Origin: Salinispira sp.
Lineage (GTDB): Bacteria; Spirochaetota; Spirochaetia; DSM-27196; Salinispiraceae
DNA length: 64,000 nt
NCBI GenBank assembly: GCA_965226555.1
Contig: CBDDDG010000021.1
Coordinates: 160,001-224,000, forward strand
Direction: 5' to 3'
The notes under the pieces were generated by a model. It was not told the origin of the DNA, made no database searches, and saw only the letters and a program-made list of their open reading frames with translations. Numbering within the stretch: position 1 is the stretch's first letter; every line of letters starts with the position of its first letter. The position numbers were made by a program, and so were the translations under genes. Positions 47,966-57,227 of this stretch are shown here, piece after piece.

Positions 47966-48173
47966 AATGGTTAAGTGTATATGAAAGTTTTGCAAAATGT
48001 AAAGGTTTCTATATGATTATCGGGGATGTATCCAGTGCTTATCTTGAATTTTCTGAGCGGATTGGCTATGCTGGATTTCTGAATGCTGAGCAGCCCCCAT
48101 CCCAGCAATAGTCGCATGGCGGGCAGGCGCGAAAAGCGCCGACCAGCAGGGCTGCCGCGGGCAGTGGAGGAAT

Positions 48174-48839
48174 ATGGAACATTCGGCAGCCCGCGGACGG
48201 GTGTATCACAAAGTTACCGAGATACGGAATGTGCATGCGTCAACATACATTCTCCGTTTTGAGCGGAACAATCTGCGCTTTGAGCCCGGTCAATACATCA
48301 GCGTCGGCCCGAAGGGAGATATCAACATGAGAGAGTATTCCATATACTCTTCTGTTGACAGTGAGTATCTGGAGATTCTTGTGAAGGAAGTTGAGGGCGG
48401 ATATATTTCCCGAAAACTGAAATTGCTCAGTCCCGGCGATGAGGTCTATGTTGAGGGACCCTTTGGTTTTTTTCTGATGGATGAGCGGATCAGGTCGGAA
48501 AAAATTTTTTTCATAGGCACGGGCACGGGAATTAGTCCATTTCACTGTTTTGTTACTTCTTGGTCTGAGCTTGATTATACCATTCTCCATGGTGTCCGCC
48601 ATGATGATGATGCCGTTGATATTGCAGATTATGATGTGAAGCGCCTGATCCGCTGTGTTTCCCGGGAGGATGCGGGGAATTACCATGGCAGGGTGACAGA
48701 TTATCTGCGGGAGAATCCAGCAAAGGCCGGCGCTGCCGTGTATCTCTGCGGCAACTGTGATATGATTTATGAGGCCTATGACATTCTTTCCGAGCAGGGT
48801 ATTTCCCGAGACCGGATGTTTGCCGAGGTGTATTTTTAA
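48174..48839 (+). CDS. Ferredoxin/flavodoxin-NADP+ reductase family oxidoreductase
   Basis: Motifs FEPGQY, REYSIYS, GPFGFF, GTGTGISPF and YLCGN, with a C-terminal aromatic residue (EVYF). Confidence 0.88.
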   Translation: MEHSAARGRVYHKVTEIRNVHASTYILRFERNNLRFEPGQYISVGPKGDINMREYSIYSSVDSEYLEILVKEVEGGYISRKLKLLSPGDEVYVEGPFGFFLMDERIRSEKIFFIGTGTGISPFHCFVTSWSELDYTILHGVRHDDDAVDIADYDVKRLIRCVSREDAGNYHGRVTDYLRENPAKAGAAVYLCGNCDMIYEAYDILSEQGISRDRMFAEVYF

Positions 48840-48851
48840 GGCGGGCAGAGT

Positions 48852-50285
48852 ATGAAATATCACATTGTCCATCTCGGCTGTCAGATGAATCAGTCGGATG
48901 CCGAACGCATTCAGGCGGTTATTGAGGCGATGGGCTATGAAGAAACAGCGCAGGAAGAAGATGCCGAGATTCTCGGCATAGTGGCTTGTTCTGTGCGGCA
49001 GAAGGCAATTGATAAGGTCTATTCCAAAATTCACCAATGGAATAGCTGGAAGCAGAAGCGAAACATTCTTACCTTTGTGTCGGGCTGTATTCTCCCGACC
49101 GACAAGGAGAAATTTCTTGACCGCTTTGACCTGCTGTTTGGCATTCATGAGTTGCCCCAACTTCCTGAAATGATCGCCCAGTATGGTATTACAACACCCT
49201 TCTCGGGCGGGCAGTTCGGCGGCGGTCTTGAACTCATACGCGATTCAGAAACTCCTCGGTTGGCGCGTCCGGCGCGGATCGGGCCGCAGGCGCAACATGA
49301 GCAGCAGACGCTGTCCCGACCTTCCATGCAGGAGTTCTGGAACATCAGACCGCATTACCGCTCCCCCTTTGAGGCCTTCATACCCATTCAGAACGGCTGC
49401 GACAAATTCTGTACCTTTTGCGCAGTGCCCTATACCCGCGGCAGAGAAGTATCGCGGCCAAGCAGTGAAATTATTGAAGAAGTACAGAATCTCATTGACC
49501 GCAATTACCGCAGCATTACCCTGTTGGGGCAGAATGTGAATTCCTACGGGCAGGATGGCGGAGGAAGGGAAATGAATTTTCCCGAACTCATGCGGAAAAT
49601 TGGCGAGATCGGCCGTGAAATGGGCAGGGAAGATGATTTCCGTGTCTATTTCACATCTCCCCATCCCCGGGACATGACCCGTGAATTGCTTGAAGTTATT
49701 GCCGAACATTCCTGTCTGGCAAAGCAAATACACCTTCCGCTGCAGTCGGGCGATGACAAGCTTCTTATCAAGATGAATCGTAATCACAGCATGCAGCGCT
49801 ATCGCGACATTGTCAGTAACATCCGCGCAATACTGCCCTCGGCAACCCTTTTTACGGATATTATTGTCGGCTTCACCGGTGAAACCGAGGAGCAGTTTGA
49901 AAATACCCGCTTAGCCATGGAAGAATTTCAGTACAATATGGCCTACATTGCCATGTACAGTCCGCGTCCGGGGGCTGCATCCAGCCGCTGGGCCGATGAT
50001 GTGCCTCAAAATGAGAAGAAGCGCCGTCTGAGAGTACTCAGCGATATTCTTCATAAGACAAGCGGCGCCTATAACCGCAAACTGCTGGGAAAAACCCTTC
50101 GGGTGCTTGTGGAAGGACGGGATAGAACCGGTACATACCTTGCCGGCCGTACTGAGGGAAAACTGCCGCTCCGCTTTGTATCGGCCGCCGATGCCCCCAT
50201 TGGGCACTTTGTCAATTTGCGGATATCTTCGGCACGCGGACTAAGCCTAGAAGGGGAGCTGATTGAGGAAGCAGTCAATGTCTGA
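48852..50285 (+). CDS. miaB: tRNA-2-methylthio-N6-isopentenyladenosine synthase
   Basis: Motifs GCQMNQSD, CSVRQKA, GCDKFCTFC.VPYTRGRE.SR, LLGQNVNSY and HLPLQSG, plus a TRAM-like C-terminus. Confidence 0.88.
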   Translation: MKYHIVHLGCQMNQSDAERIQAVIEAMGYEETAQEEDAEILGIVACSVRQKAIDKVYSKIHQWNSWKQKRNILTFVSGCILPTDKEKFLDRFDLLFGIHELPQLPEMIAQYGITTPFSGGQFGGGLELIRDSETPRLARPARIGPQAQHEQQTLSRPSMQEFWNIRPHYRSPFEAFIPIQNGCDKFCTFCAVPYTRGREVSRPSSEIIEEVQNLIDRNYRSITLLGQNVNSYGQDGGGREMNFPELMRKIGEIGREMGREDDFRVYFTSPHPRDMTRELLEVIAEHSCLAKQIHLPLQSGDDKLLIKMNRNHSMQRYRDIVSNIRAILPSATLFTDIIVGFTGETEEQFENTRLAMEEFQYNMAYIAMYSPRPGAASSRWADDVPQNEKKRRLRVLSDILHKTSGAYNRKLLGKTLRVLVEGRDRTGTYLAGRTEGKLPLRFVSAADAPIGHFVNLRISSARGLSLEGELIEEAVNV

Positions 50286-51723
50286 TGCGACTGGCGCGAC
50301 TGTGGCATTCAACACGCTTGGCTGCAAGCTCAATCAGTATGAGAGCGATGCCATTGCGTCACAGTTTTTTAGAGCCGGTTACCGAATTGTTCCCTTTGAT
50401 CAGCAGGCCGATGTCTATATCATAAACAGCTGCACTGTTACGAATAAGGCAGACCGAAAAACCCGGAACATTCTCAATCGCGCGCTCCGCGCCGCCCATC
50501 CCGCCGACACCCCGAACTGTTCGGCAGAACCTTCCGGGAGCAGGATGAGGGCACATTCCATGGTGGTTATTACCGGCTGTTTTGTGGATAGTCATAGAGA
50601 TGAACTTGAGCATGACGGGCGGAGTTTTGTTGTCGATAATGAACATAAAAATAGTATATTTGATCTGGTCGAGGCGCGGCGCAGGGGGGAAATTGTCCAT
50701 CCTGAATCATTCCCCCCCGACCGTTTCAACTACAGCGGAACCCGCCGTATCTTCAGAACCCGGGGAATGCTCAAAATTCAGGACGGCTGCGATAATTTCT
50801 GCAGCTTCTGCATCATCCCATTCGTAAGGGGGAAGGCTATTAGCCGAAGTAGTGAGGAAGTACTCGGTTCCGCCCGGCAGATGCTCAGCGATGGATACAA
50901 GGAGCTTGTGCTTACCGGTGTCAATATGAGCCGGTACCATGATGACTGCGCCAGTTTTTCACAGCTGCTTGAGAGACTGCTTGAGCTTGATGTTGATGGC
51001 GATTACCGCCTGAGAATTTCGAGCATTGAGCCGGACTGTCTTGATGATCACTTCATTGATCTTCTTGCCCATGAGCGCATGACACCGCACCTGCATCTCT
51101 GCCTGCAAAGCGCGAGTGAGAAGATGCTTTTGAAAATGAGACGGCAGTACACCTATGCCGAGTACCGGGAACTTATCGGAAAAATTCGCGCTGTCCGCGG
51201 CAATTTTAATGTTACCACCGACCTCATTGTCGGTTTTCCCGGGGAGGGCGATGCGGAGTTTCGGGAAAGTCTGGACGCGCTCAGGGAAATTGAATTTGGT
51301 CATGTGCATGTATTCAAGTACTCGATCCGCAGGGGAACGCGCGCCGAACGCATGGGGGGGCATCTGCCGGAACGGGTTAAAACCGAACGTTCCGAAACAA
51401 TCCGCCGGCAGGCCGGAGTAATGAAACGCGCGTACCGGCAGAAATTGATCGGCAAAACACAACGGGTGCTCGTGGAGCGGGTGGAAAATATCGGCGGCGG
51501 CAGGTTCCGGGCTGGAGGTTTTGGAGAGCACTATGTTCCCGTGCGTTTTTCTCCACCGGAATTTTCTGTTCCCGAAGCCGTCACAGGGTCTTCCCTGAAA
51601 ACGGGGGAGAGAATCCCGCTGCCGGAGCAGCCCGGCAGTTTCGAAAATTGCTACCGCACGGTAAAAATCACTGGCATTGCCGATGGCGATGATCCAGAAC
51701 TCATCGCTGAAATTATTGCATGA
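50278..51723 (+). CDS. mtaB: tRNA t6A37 methylthiotransferase
   Basis: Motifs TLGCKLNQYES, INSCTVT..AD.K, KIQDGCDNFCSFC and RISSIEP. Confidence 0.9.
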   Translation: MSDATGATVAFNTLGCKLNQYESDAIASQFFRAGYRIVPFDQQADVYIINSCTVTNKADRKTRNILNRALRAAHPADTPNCSAEPSGSRMRAHSMVVITGCFVDSHRDELEHDGRSFVVDNEHKNSIFDLVEARRRGEIVHPESFPPDRFNYSGTRRIFRTRGMLKIQDGCDNFCSFCIIPFVRGKAISRSSEEVLGSARQMLSDGYKELVLTGVNMSRYHDDCASFSQLLERLLELDVDGDYRLRISSIEPDCLDDHFIDLLAHERMTPHLHLCLQSASEKMLLKMRRQYTYAEYRELIGKIRAVRGNFNVTTDLIVGFPGEGDAEFRESLDALREIEFGHVHVFKYSIRRGTRAERMGGHLPERVKTERSETIRRQAGVMKRAYRQKLIGKTQRVLVERVENIGGGRFRAGGFGEHYVPVRFSPPEFSVPEAVTGSSLKTGERIPLPEQPGSFENCYRTVKITGIADGDDPELIAEIIA

Positions 51724-52412
51724 TCTTCTGCATTGCCCGGGCCAATCAGCAAACACATCCGCAAATACATCGGCAAACCGATGCGCAGGCAGACAGGCAG
51801 ATCGCGCTTCCCTCATGGAAAAAAATTCTTTCCTGCCGACAAAGCCGGGCCCTCCCGCAGTTCTGGCATGAAAGCCGACTGCGGGGAGAAGACGGTTATG
51901 AAACACTCATTCTCTACGAATATCGGGGTCAGAAGCCTGCTCGGGATATACCCTTTCTGCTCGGCTGTCTCTGGCAGAAAACAGGCGGATTTCAGGGAGC
52001 ATATGCCGGATCGCCGCTTATTATCCTCCATAATGCTGATGATGTTGCTGGCGATGTTGATGTTGCTGCCGTCCGCGATGTTGATGTTGCCGGCGATGTT
52101 GATGCCGCCCGCGCCGTTGTGTCAGGGCAGGATATGATCATGCATAATCCCGTCATAACCGATTCCGGCACATTGTATCCCGATATCATTCTCGGCCATA
52201 CCTTCCATGAAGAAGCTCTGCGGGTGGAACCCGCATCATTTCTCCACTATGTGTATGTACATCTCTTTGAACTTCTCTCGCCGCATCAGGTGCTCGGCTT
52301 TTCCATCAACCTGAATCGTGAACCCAGCCGAATGTATCGGCTTATTAACATGCTGAAGGACTATGCGCAGTCTCTGGATGAACTGCGCGCCGCGGCCCGG
52401 GCGCGCTCATGA
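51720..52412 (+). CDS. Hypothetical protein
   Basis: 230-aa ORF ATGA-coupled to mtaB upstream and to the SPL-like gene downstream. No motif recognised. Confidence 0.6.
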   Translation: MIFCIARANQQTHPQIHRQTDAQADRQIALPSWKKILSCRQSRALPQFWHESRLRGEDGYETLILYEYRGQKPARDIPFLLGCLWQKTGGFQGAYAGSPLIILHNADDVAGDVDVAAVRDVDVAGDVDAARAVVSGQDMIMHNPVITDSGTLYPDIILGHTFHEEALRVEPASFLHYVYVHLFELLSPHQVLGFSINLNREPSRMYRLINMLKDYAQSLDELRAAARARS

Positions 52413-53530
52413 ATTCCCACGCGTGCCTTCAGTCGACATACCGTTTTTCCTGTGTGTATGTTGAAAAGTCTGCGCGGGAACTGCCGCAGACGGCAGAAAT
52501 CATCGGGAAGCTGCAGAACAGTCCCCGCATTATCACAATTGAACATTACGGCGACATTTTTAATCGCCCCCGGCAGCGCTTTACCATGCAGAAAACGGCG
52601 CCGGCGCTCATTCTGGCGGTGGAGCGAAAAAATTTCCTCTATGAGGGGAATGAGCGCATCAATTCCTGGACGCAGAGCCGCCTCTATTATAATGCGCTGG
52701 TGAGAAACTGTGTGTATAACTGCGATTATTGTTTTCTTCAGGGAATGCATTCCTCAGCTCATATTCTGATGTTTGTGAATAACGATTGTTTTATTGATGC
52801 TGCCCGCCAGCGCCTCGCCGCCCTCCAAGCGCCCGCCAGCGATCAGCCAAAACAGCCGAAACAGCCGAAACAGCCGAAGCAGCCGAAGCAGCCGGATCAG
52901 CTGAAGCAGCCGTCCGGCGGATCGGGGATGTATCTGAGTATTTCATACCTGAGCGATATTCTTGCTTTTGAGCCGCTCTATCCCTACTGCGCAGAATGGA
53001 TACGGTTTGCGGCGGAAAATCCTCGGCTCGGGCTTGAAATACGAACCAAGAGCGATTACTACCATGCAATTTCCCACCTGAAGCCGGTAAAGAATGTTTT
53101 TCCGGTGTGGAGCCTGAGCCCTGAAGAAGTAAGTTCCCGTTCTGAGCGGGGCTGCGCCTCATTCCGCAACCGCCTGTTCGCCGCCGCACGCGCTGCCGCA
53201 GACGGTTGGCCGATAAAGCTCTGCTTCGATCCGGTGCTCGCAGTTGACGGCTGGCAGGAACTCTATCCGCGTATGATCCGGGAGACCTTTACCCGCATAC
53301 CTGCGGAACTAGTTAAGGAAGTAAGCTTTGGGGTATTCAGGATGAACCCTCAGTATTTTAAGAGAATGCAGCGCCTCCGCCCTGAAAGCCCCGTTATCAA
53401 CCACGGCCCGCGGCTGTATGACGGAATATCGACCTACCCTGACAGACTCATACACGATATACGCCGAACAATGGAAGATGAGCTGAGCGCATACCTGAAC
53501 CCCGAGAAAATTTTTTTTGTGCATGGGTGA
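52409..53530 (+). CDS. Spore photoproduct lyase-like radical SAM protein
   Basis: NCVYNCDYCFLQG (CxxxCxxC), LEIRTKS, WSLSP and FDPV. Confidence 0.8.
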   Translation: MNSHACLQSTYRFSCVYVEKSARELPQTAEIIGKLQNSPRIITIEHYGDIFNRPRQRFTMQKTAPALILAVERKNFLYEGNERINSWTQSRLYYNALVRNCVYNCDYCFLQGMHSSAHILMFVNNDCFIDAARQRLAALQAPASDQPKQPKQPKQPKQPKQPDQLKQPSGGSGMYLSISYLSDILAFEPLYPYCAEWIRFAAENPRLGLEIRTKSDYYHAISHLKPVKNVFPVWSLSPEEVSSRSERGCASFRNRLFAAARAAADGWPIKLCFDPVLAVDGWQELYPRMIRETFTRIPAELVKEVSFGVFRMNPQYFKRMQRLRPESPVINHGPRLYDGISTYPDRLIHDIRRTMEDELSAYLNPEKIFFVHG

Positions 53531-53590
53531 ATGCGCTCAGGGCTGTTATTCATGCCCGTTTTTCATCATAACTCTTTCTCCACCAGAAAC

Positions 53591-53635
53591 TTTTGCATTG
53601 GAAAATTGTGCAGAGCACAATTTCCAGTAGCAAAA
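53591..53635. repeat. Dispersed ~45-bp imperfect palindrome, copy 4
   Basis: TTTTGCATTGGAAAATTGTGC-AGA-GCACAATTTCCAGTAGCAAAA. Confidence 0.85.
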
Positions 53636-53723
53636 CTTCTATAAAATAGGAGACTGCTAAGCACAAAGAAAGCATTCCTGACGGACGCATGGGCGAGCCA
53701 GATGCTTGGCAGAGCAGCGCCAA

Positions 53724-53960
53724 TTAATGCGATCCGTTCCGCAATGTCCGCATTTCCTCATCGCTCAGCCCGGTAATTCTCTGAACAGCCTCGGTCGACA
53801 ACCCTTCCGAAAACATACTACGAGCCGTTTCTCGAATGCCTTCTTCACGGCCTGTCTGTAGTCCTGTCTGCAATCCTTCTTCACGACCTGTCCGCAGTCC
53901 TTCCTGCCGACCCATCTCCGCAATGCGCGCTCTGAATGTTTCCGCATTCATTCTGAACAT
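53724..53960 (-). CDS. Putative internal small protein RpnS (78 aa, in frame with Rpn)
   Basis: AAGGAGGT at 53975-53968, a 7-nt spacer, and an in-frame ATG at 53960 (MFRMNAETFRAR...). Confidence 0.7.
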   Translation of the reverse strand: MFRMNAETFRARIAEMGRQEGLRTGREEGLQTGLQTGREEGIRETARSMFSEGLSTEAVQRITGLSDEEMRTLRNGSH

Positions 53961-54728
53961 TTTTGCTACCTCCTTACCTCTCGGTTCTTTTGTTCTTTCT
54001 AATTGATTCATTAACGTATCTAAATCTATAACAATTCCGAACATCGAATCTACCACGCCGACAAATTCCTTTATCAGCTCCAGCGATTCCTCATTCAGCA
54101 TTCCTGCTATCGCTTTCTCTACCTTCCGAATGTCCCAATCCGTATTCAGCAGATTTTTCGAGTACAGATCAAGGTACATAACAGCCGCAAACATTCTTCC
54201 CCGCTGCTGCAACTGTTCCGCAGAATAATCGCTCTCGTTAATAAGATCGTAAGGAAAGGGAGCAAGATACTGCGGGAATTCCCGCTTCCGTTGCTCTCTG
54301 ACGTTCCCGGGCACCTTCCATTTTCGCGTTCCATTATAGAACACAATGGGAAGAAATACCACCTCGCAGTCATCGGGAATTTCGCCGGTGCGGTGAATGT
54401 TCCGGTAGAGCAGATTTGTGTACTCCGACATGCGGAGGGGCATGTCTTTGTCCACTCCAGATTGATGCTCAAGGAGCACATAGATAGCAACATCTCCCGT
54501 GTGATCCCGACTTCTGATTTTGCAGACGATGTCGGCCATTCGTGTTTTTGCATGGTCGATGAAAAAGGTACCGTTTTCGATGGTTATATCCTCGGTTCGG
54601 AGTTTTTTTGTCCATGCGCCTCCGACAAAGCGTTGCAGAAATTGGAGCATTATTGCGGGTTGGAACAGCAGGGAGCGGTATCCTTGGTCGTAGGGAACGG
54701 GGGCGGGTTTTTCTTTGAAATCGATCAT
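53724..54728 (-). CDS. Rpn/YhgA-like PD-(D/E)XK nuclease (recombination-promoting nuclease / putative transposase family)
   Basis: D..YR.L, ADIV, LLEHQS..D..MPLRM..Y, PIVFYNG...W and C-terminal GRQEG/GREEG repeats ending ITGLS.EE. SD AGGAGG before the ATG at 54728. Confidence 0.9.
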   Translation of the reverse strand: MIDFKEKPAPVPYDQGYRSLLFQPAIMLQFLQRFVGGAWTKKLRTEDITIENGTFFIDHAKTRMADIVCKIRSRDHTGDVAIYVLLEHQSGVDKDMPLRMSEYTNLLYRNIHRTGEIPDDCEVVFLPIVFYNGTRKWKVPGNVREQRKREFPQYLAPFPYDLINESDYSAEQLQQRGRMFAAVMYLDLYSKNLLNTDWDIRKVEKAIAGMLNEESLELIKEFVGVVDSMFGIVIDLDTLMNQLERTKEPRGKEVAKMFRMNAETFRARIAEMGRQEGLRTGREEGLQTGLQTGREEGIRETARSMFSEGLSTEAVQRITGLSDEEMRTLRNGSH

Positions 54729-55215
54729 ACAATCCTCCTGAACGTTTCTTTCTGAATAGGGGATATCCCATGGCGACATGGTCCCATGGTGAATTCTCTC
54801 CTCTATATCTGTGACGGGTAGACTGTCATTTTTGACTGTGTATGTGGAAAGAATTTTGCAAAATGTGTGAATTTTTTGGCGGCGGGAGCGCTCAGGAAAC
54901 TCGGGATAGCGCGTCTATGGCGATATCCGACTGGCTCATAAGATAGCCCGAAAATTGAGTGCGCGTGGGTCAGAGTGGCACCATGCCTATATATTTTTCG
55001 CTCATACCATATAGACGGGTAAAATATGAATGGTGAATATGAGAATTTTTTTTCAAAAAGTTTCTATTATTTTGGGATATTACTGTTTGATCAGCCCTGA
55101 CGCATGGCGAGCAGGTGCGGAGCACCGACCAGCCCAGGAGGCGCAAGCCTCCGACCAGCCCCGCGCCTGCCTGAGTTGAATTGCAAGGTTTCAATAGCCG
55201 CTGGGGGTTATGAAA

Positions 55216-57227
55216 CTAATACCATGACGGAATCAGACTACCTGTTACGCCGGAATCTGCGAACATATCATTTTTGCTTCCGGTATATTTGCCCCCACTG
55301 AGCGTCCAATGATCCTTCCACTCCTCAAGATCGCCATTGAATGCGCTTGCGCCATTGAACATAGAGCTCATATTCGTTACCGAACTGACAACCCAGCCGG
55401 AAATATCGCCATTGAATGCGCTTGCGCCATTGAACATAGAGCCCATATTCGTTACCGAACTGACAACCCAGCCGGAAACATCGCCATTGAATGTGCTTGC
55501 GTCAGAGAACATAGAGCTCATATTCGTTACCGCGACGGTATTCCAGAGCGAGATATCGCCATTGAATGCGCTTGCGCTAGAGAACATAGATCCCATATTC
55601 GTTACCGAACTGACGTCCCAGCCGGAAATATCGCCATTGAATGCGCTTGCGCCACTGAACATAGCGCTCATAGTCGTTACCTTACTGACATTCCAGCCGG
55701 AAATATTGCCATTGAATGCGCTTGTGCTAGAGAACATATTGTTCATATTCGTTACCGAGCTGACATCCCATCCGGAAATATCGCCATTGAATGCGCTTGC
55801 GCCAGAGAACATAGAGCTCATATTCGTTACCGAGCTGACATCCCAGCCGGAGATATTGCCATTGAATACGCTTGCTACATTGAACATATCCCTCATAGTC
55901 GTTACCGAACTGACATTCCATCCGGAAATATTGCCATTGAATGAAGTTGCAAGCCGGAACAAATTGTTCATATTCGTTACCGAACTGACATCCCAACCCG
56001 AGATATCGCCATTGAATGCAACTGCAAAATAGAACATATTGTTCATATCCGTTACCTTACTGACATCCCAACCCGCAATATCGCCATTGAATGTTTGTTC
56101 TCTACTGAAAATATCGGACATATCCGTTACTGCGGTGGTAATAATGTAGTTAAGATCGGCAGTATCACCCCAGTTTGATATCCCCGAAGTTACCGCTGTT
56201 TTCAGTTCAGCGTTAGTTGTTGGACTCACGGTAACGTAGAAATACTCTGCAAAGACTATGTCTCCGCTTTCGGTTTCACTGCCATATACCAGATATGTTC
56301 CTGCCGTTGTACTTGCGGTAACCGTAACAATTCCAGTATTCGTATCAACTGTCGGTGGGGTAACCCCATTGGGCGTAGTGCGGGGCTTTACCTTCAGGTC
56401 TCCTGAGTCATTGACCGCGTGAGTGCCCGTAGTCAAAGAAACGCTGAGGTTCTCATTGGCAATAATGGCATTCTGGGCAACCGAAAGGCTTATGGATTTT
56501 TCTGTACCCGAAGGAGTCTGTGTCGGAGAAAATAGTGGTGTTCCCGCTACGGGCTCAGACCATGGTCCAGCGCCAACTGCATTATTGACAGCGCGCACCT
56601 GTACTGCGTAGGGAGCTCCGTTTGTCAGGTTTGTTATGGCGTGGTCTGTGCCGGTGATGCCGGAGCTAATTTCCGTCCATGCTTCGCCGCCTGTGCGATA
56701 TTGCAGCTCATACCCGGTAACGGCACTGCCGCCGGTATCTTCCGGTGCAGTCCATCTCGCAACGATTCGCCCAGTTCCCGGATAAAGGGTTGGGGCAGCC
56801 GGCGCGTCAGGAACAGTGACAGGGGTTGCAGCGGCAGATTCCGACCAGTCGCCAGCGCCGACTGCATTGACGGCACGCACCTGTACTTCGTAGGCAGTGC
56901 CGTTTGTCAGTCCGATAATGCTGTGGTATTCGTCAGTGATACCTTCGGTAATTTTCATCCATTCTTCATCGCCTGAGCGATATTGCAACTCATACCCGGT
57001 AACTGTGCTGCTGCCGTTGTTCGGCGCAGTCCATGTAGCAATGAGTTCCTCATCCCCCACTTCAAGGGTTGGCGCAGCCATGGTGCCCGGCACGGTTGGC
57101 TCGGGTTCAGGCATTGGATCGGGTTCAGGGGTTGGTTCCGGCATTGGGCATCCTGCCATCAATGCAATAAACATTGCGCAGAATGCGAAAAGGGTTACCC
57201 CCCCCAACTGTATGTCGTAATTTTCAT
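55216..57227 (-). CDS. Surface lipoprotein: 2x FN3 + 11 DUF285/BspA-like repeats; frameshifted at a G8 tract in the signal peptide
   Basis: AAGGAGGT SD plus ATG at 57227 reads MKITTYSWGG* with G8. The long frame (GGVTLFAFC...LMAGC) would be reached with G9. Paralog of 18406-19950. Confidence 0.85.
55320..56130 (-). repeat. 75-bp in-frame tandem repeats (DUF285 units)
   Basis: Recurring CCATTGAATGCGCTTGC...GAACATA...CATATTCGTTACCGAACTGAC with a 75-nt period. Confidence 0.92.

Noticed and set aside
55135..55165. c-di-GMP-I riboswitch or hammerhead resemblance (GCGCAAGCCTCCG; GAAA elements near 54900-54955)
   Set aside because: Only a few bases match. The GGCAAA/GAAA P2 arrangement and the CTGANGA core are absent.
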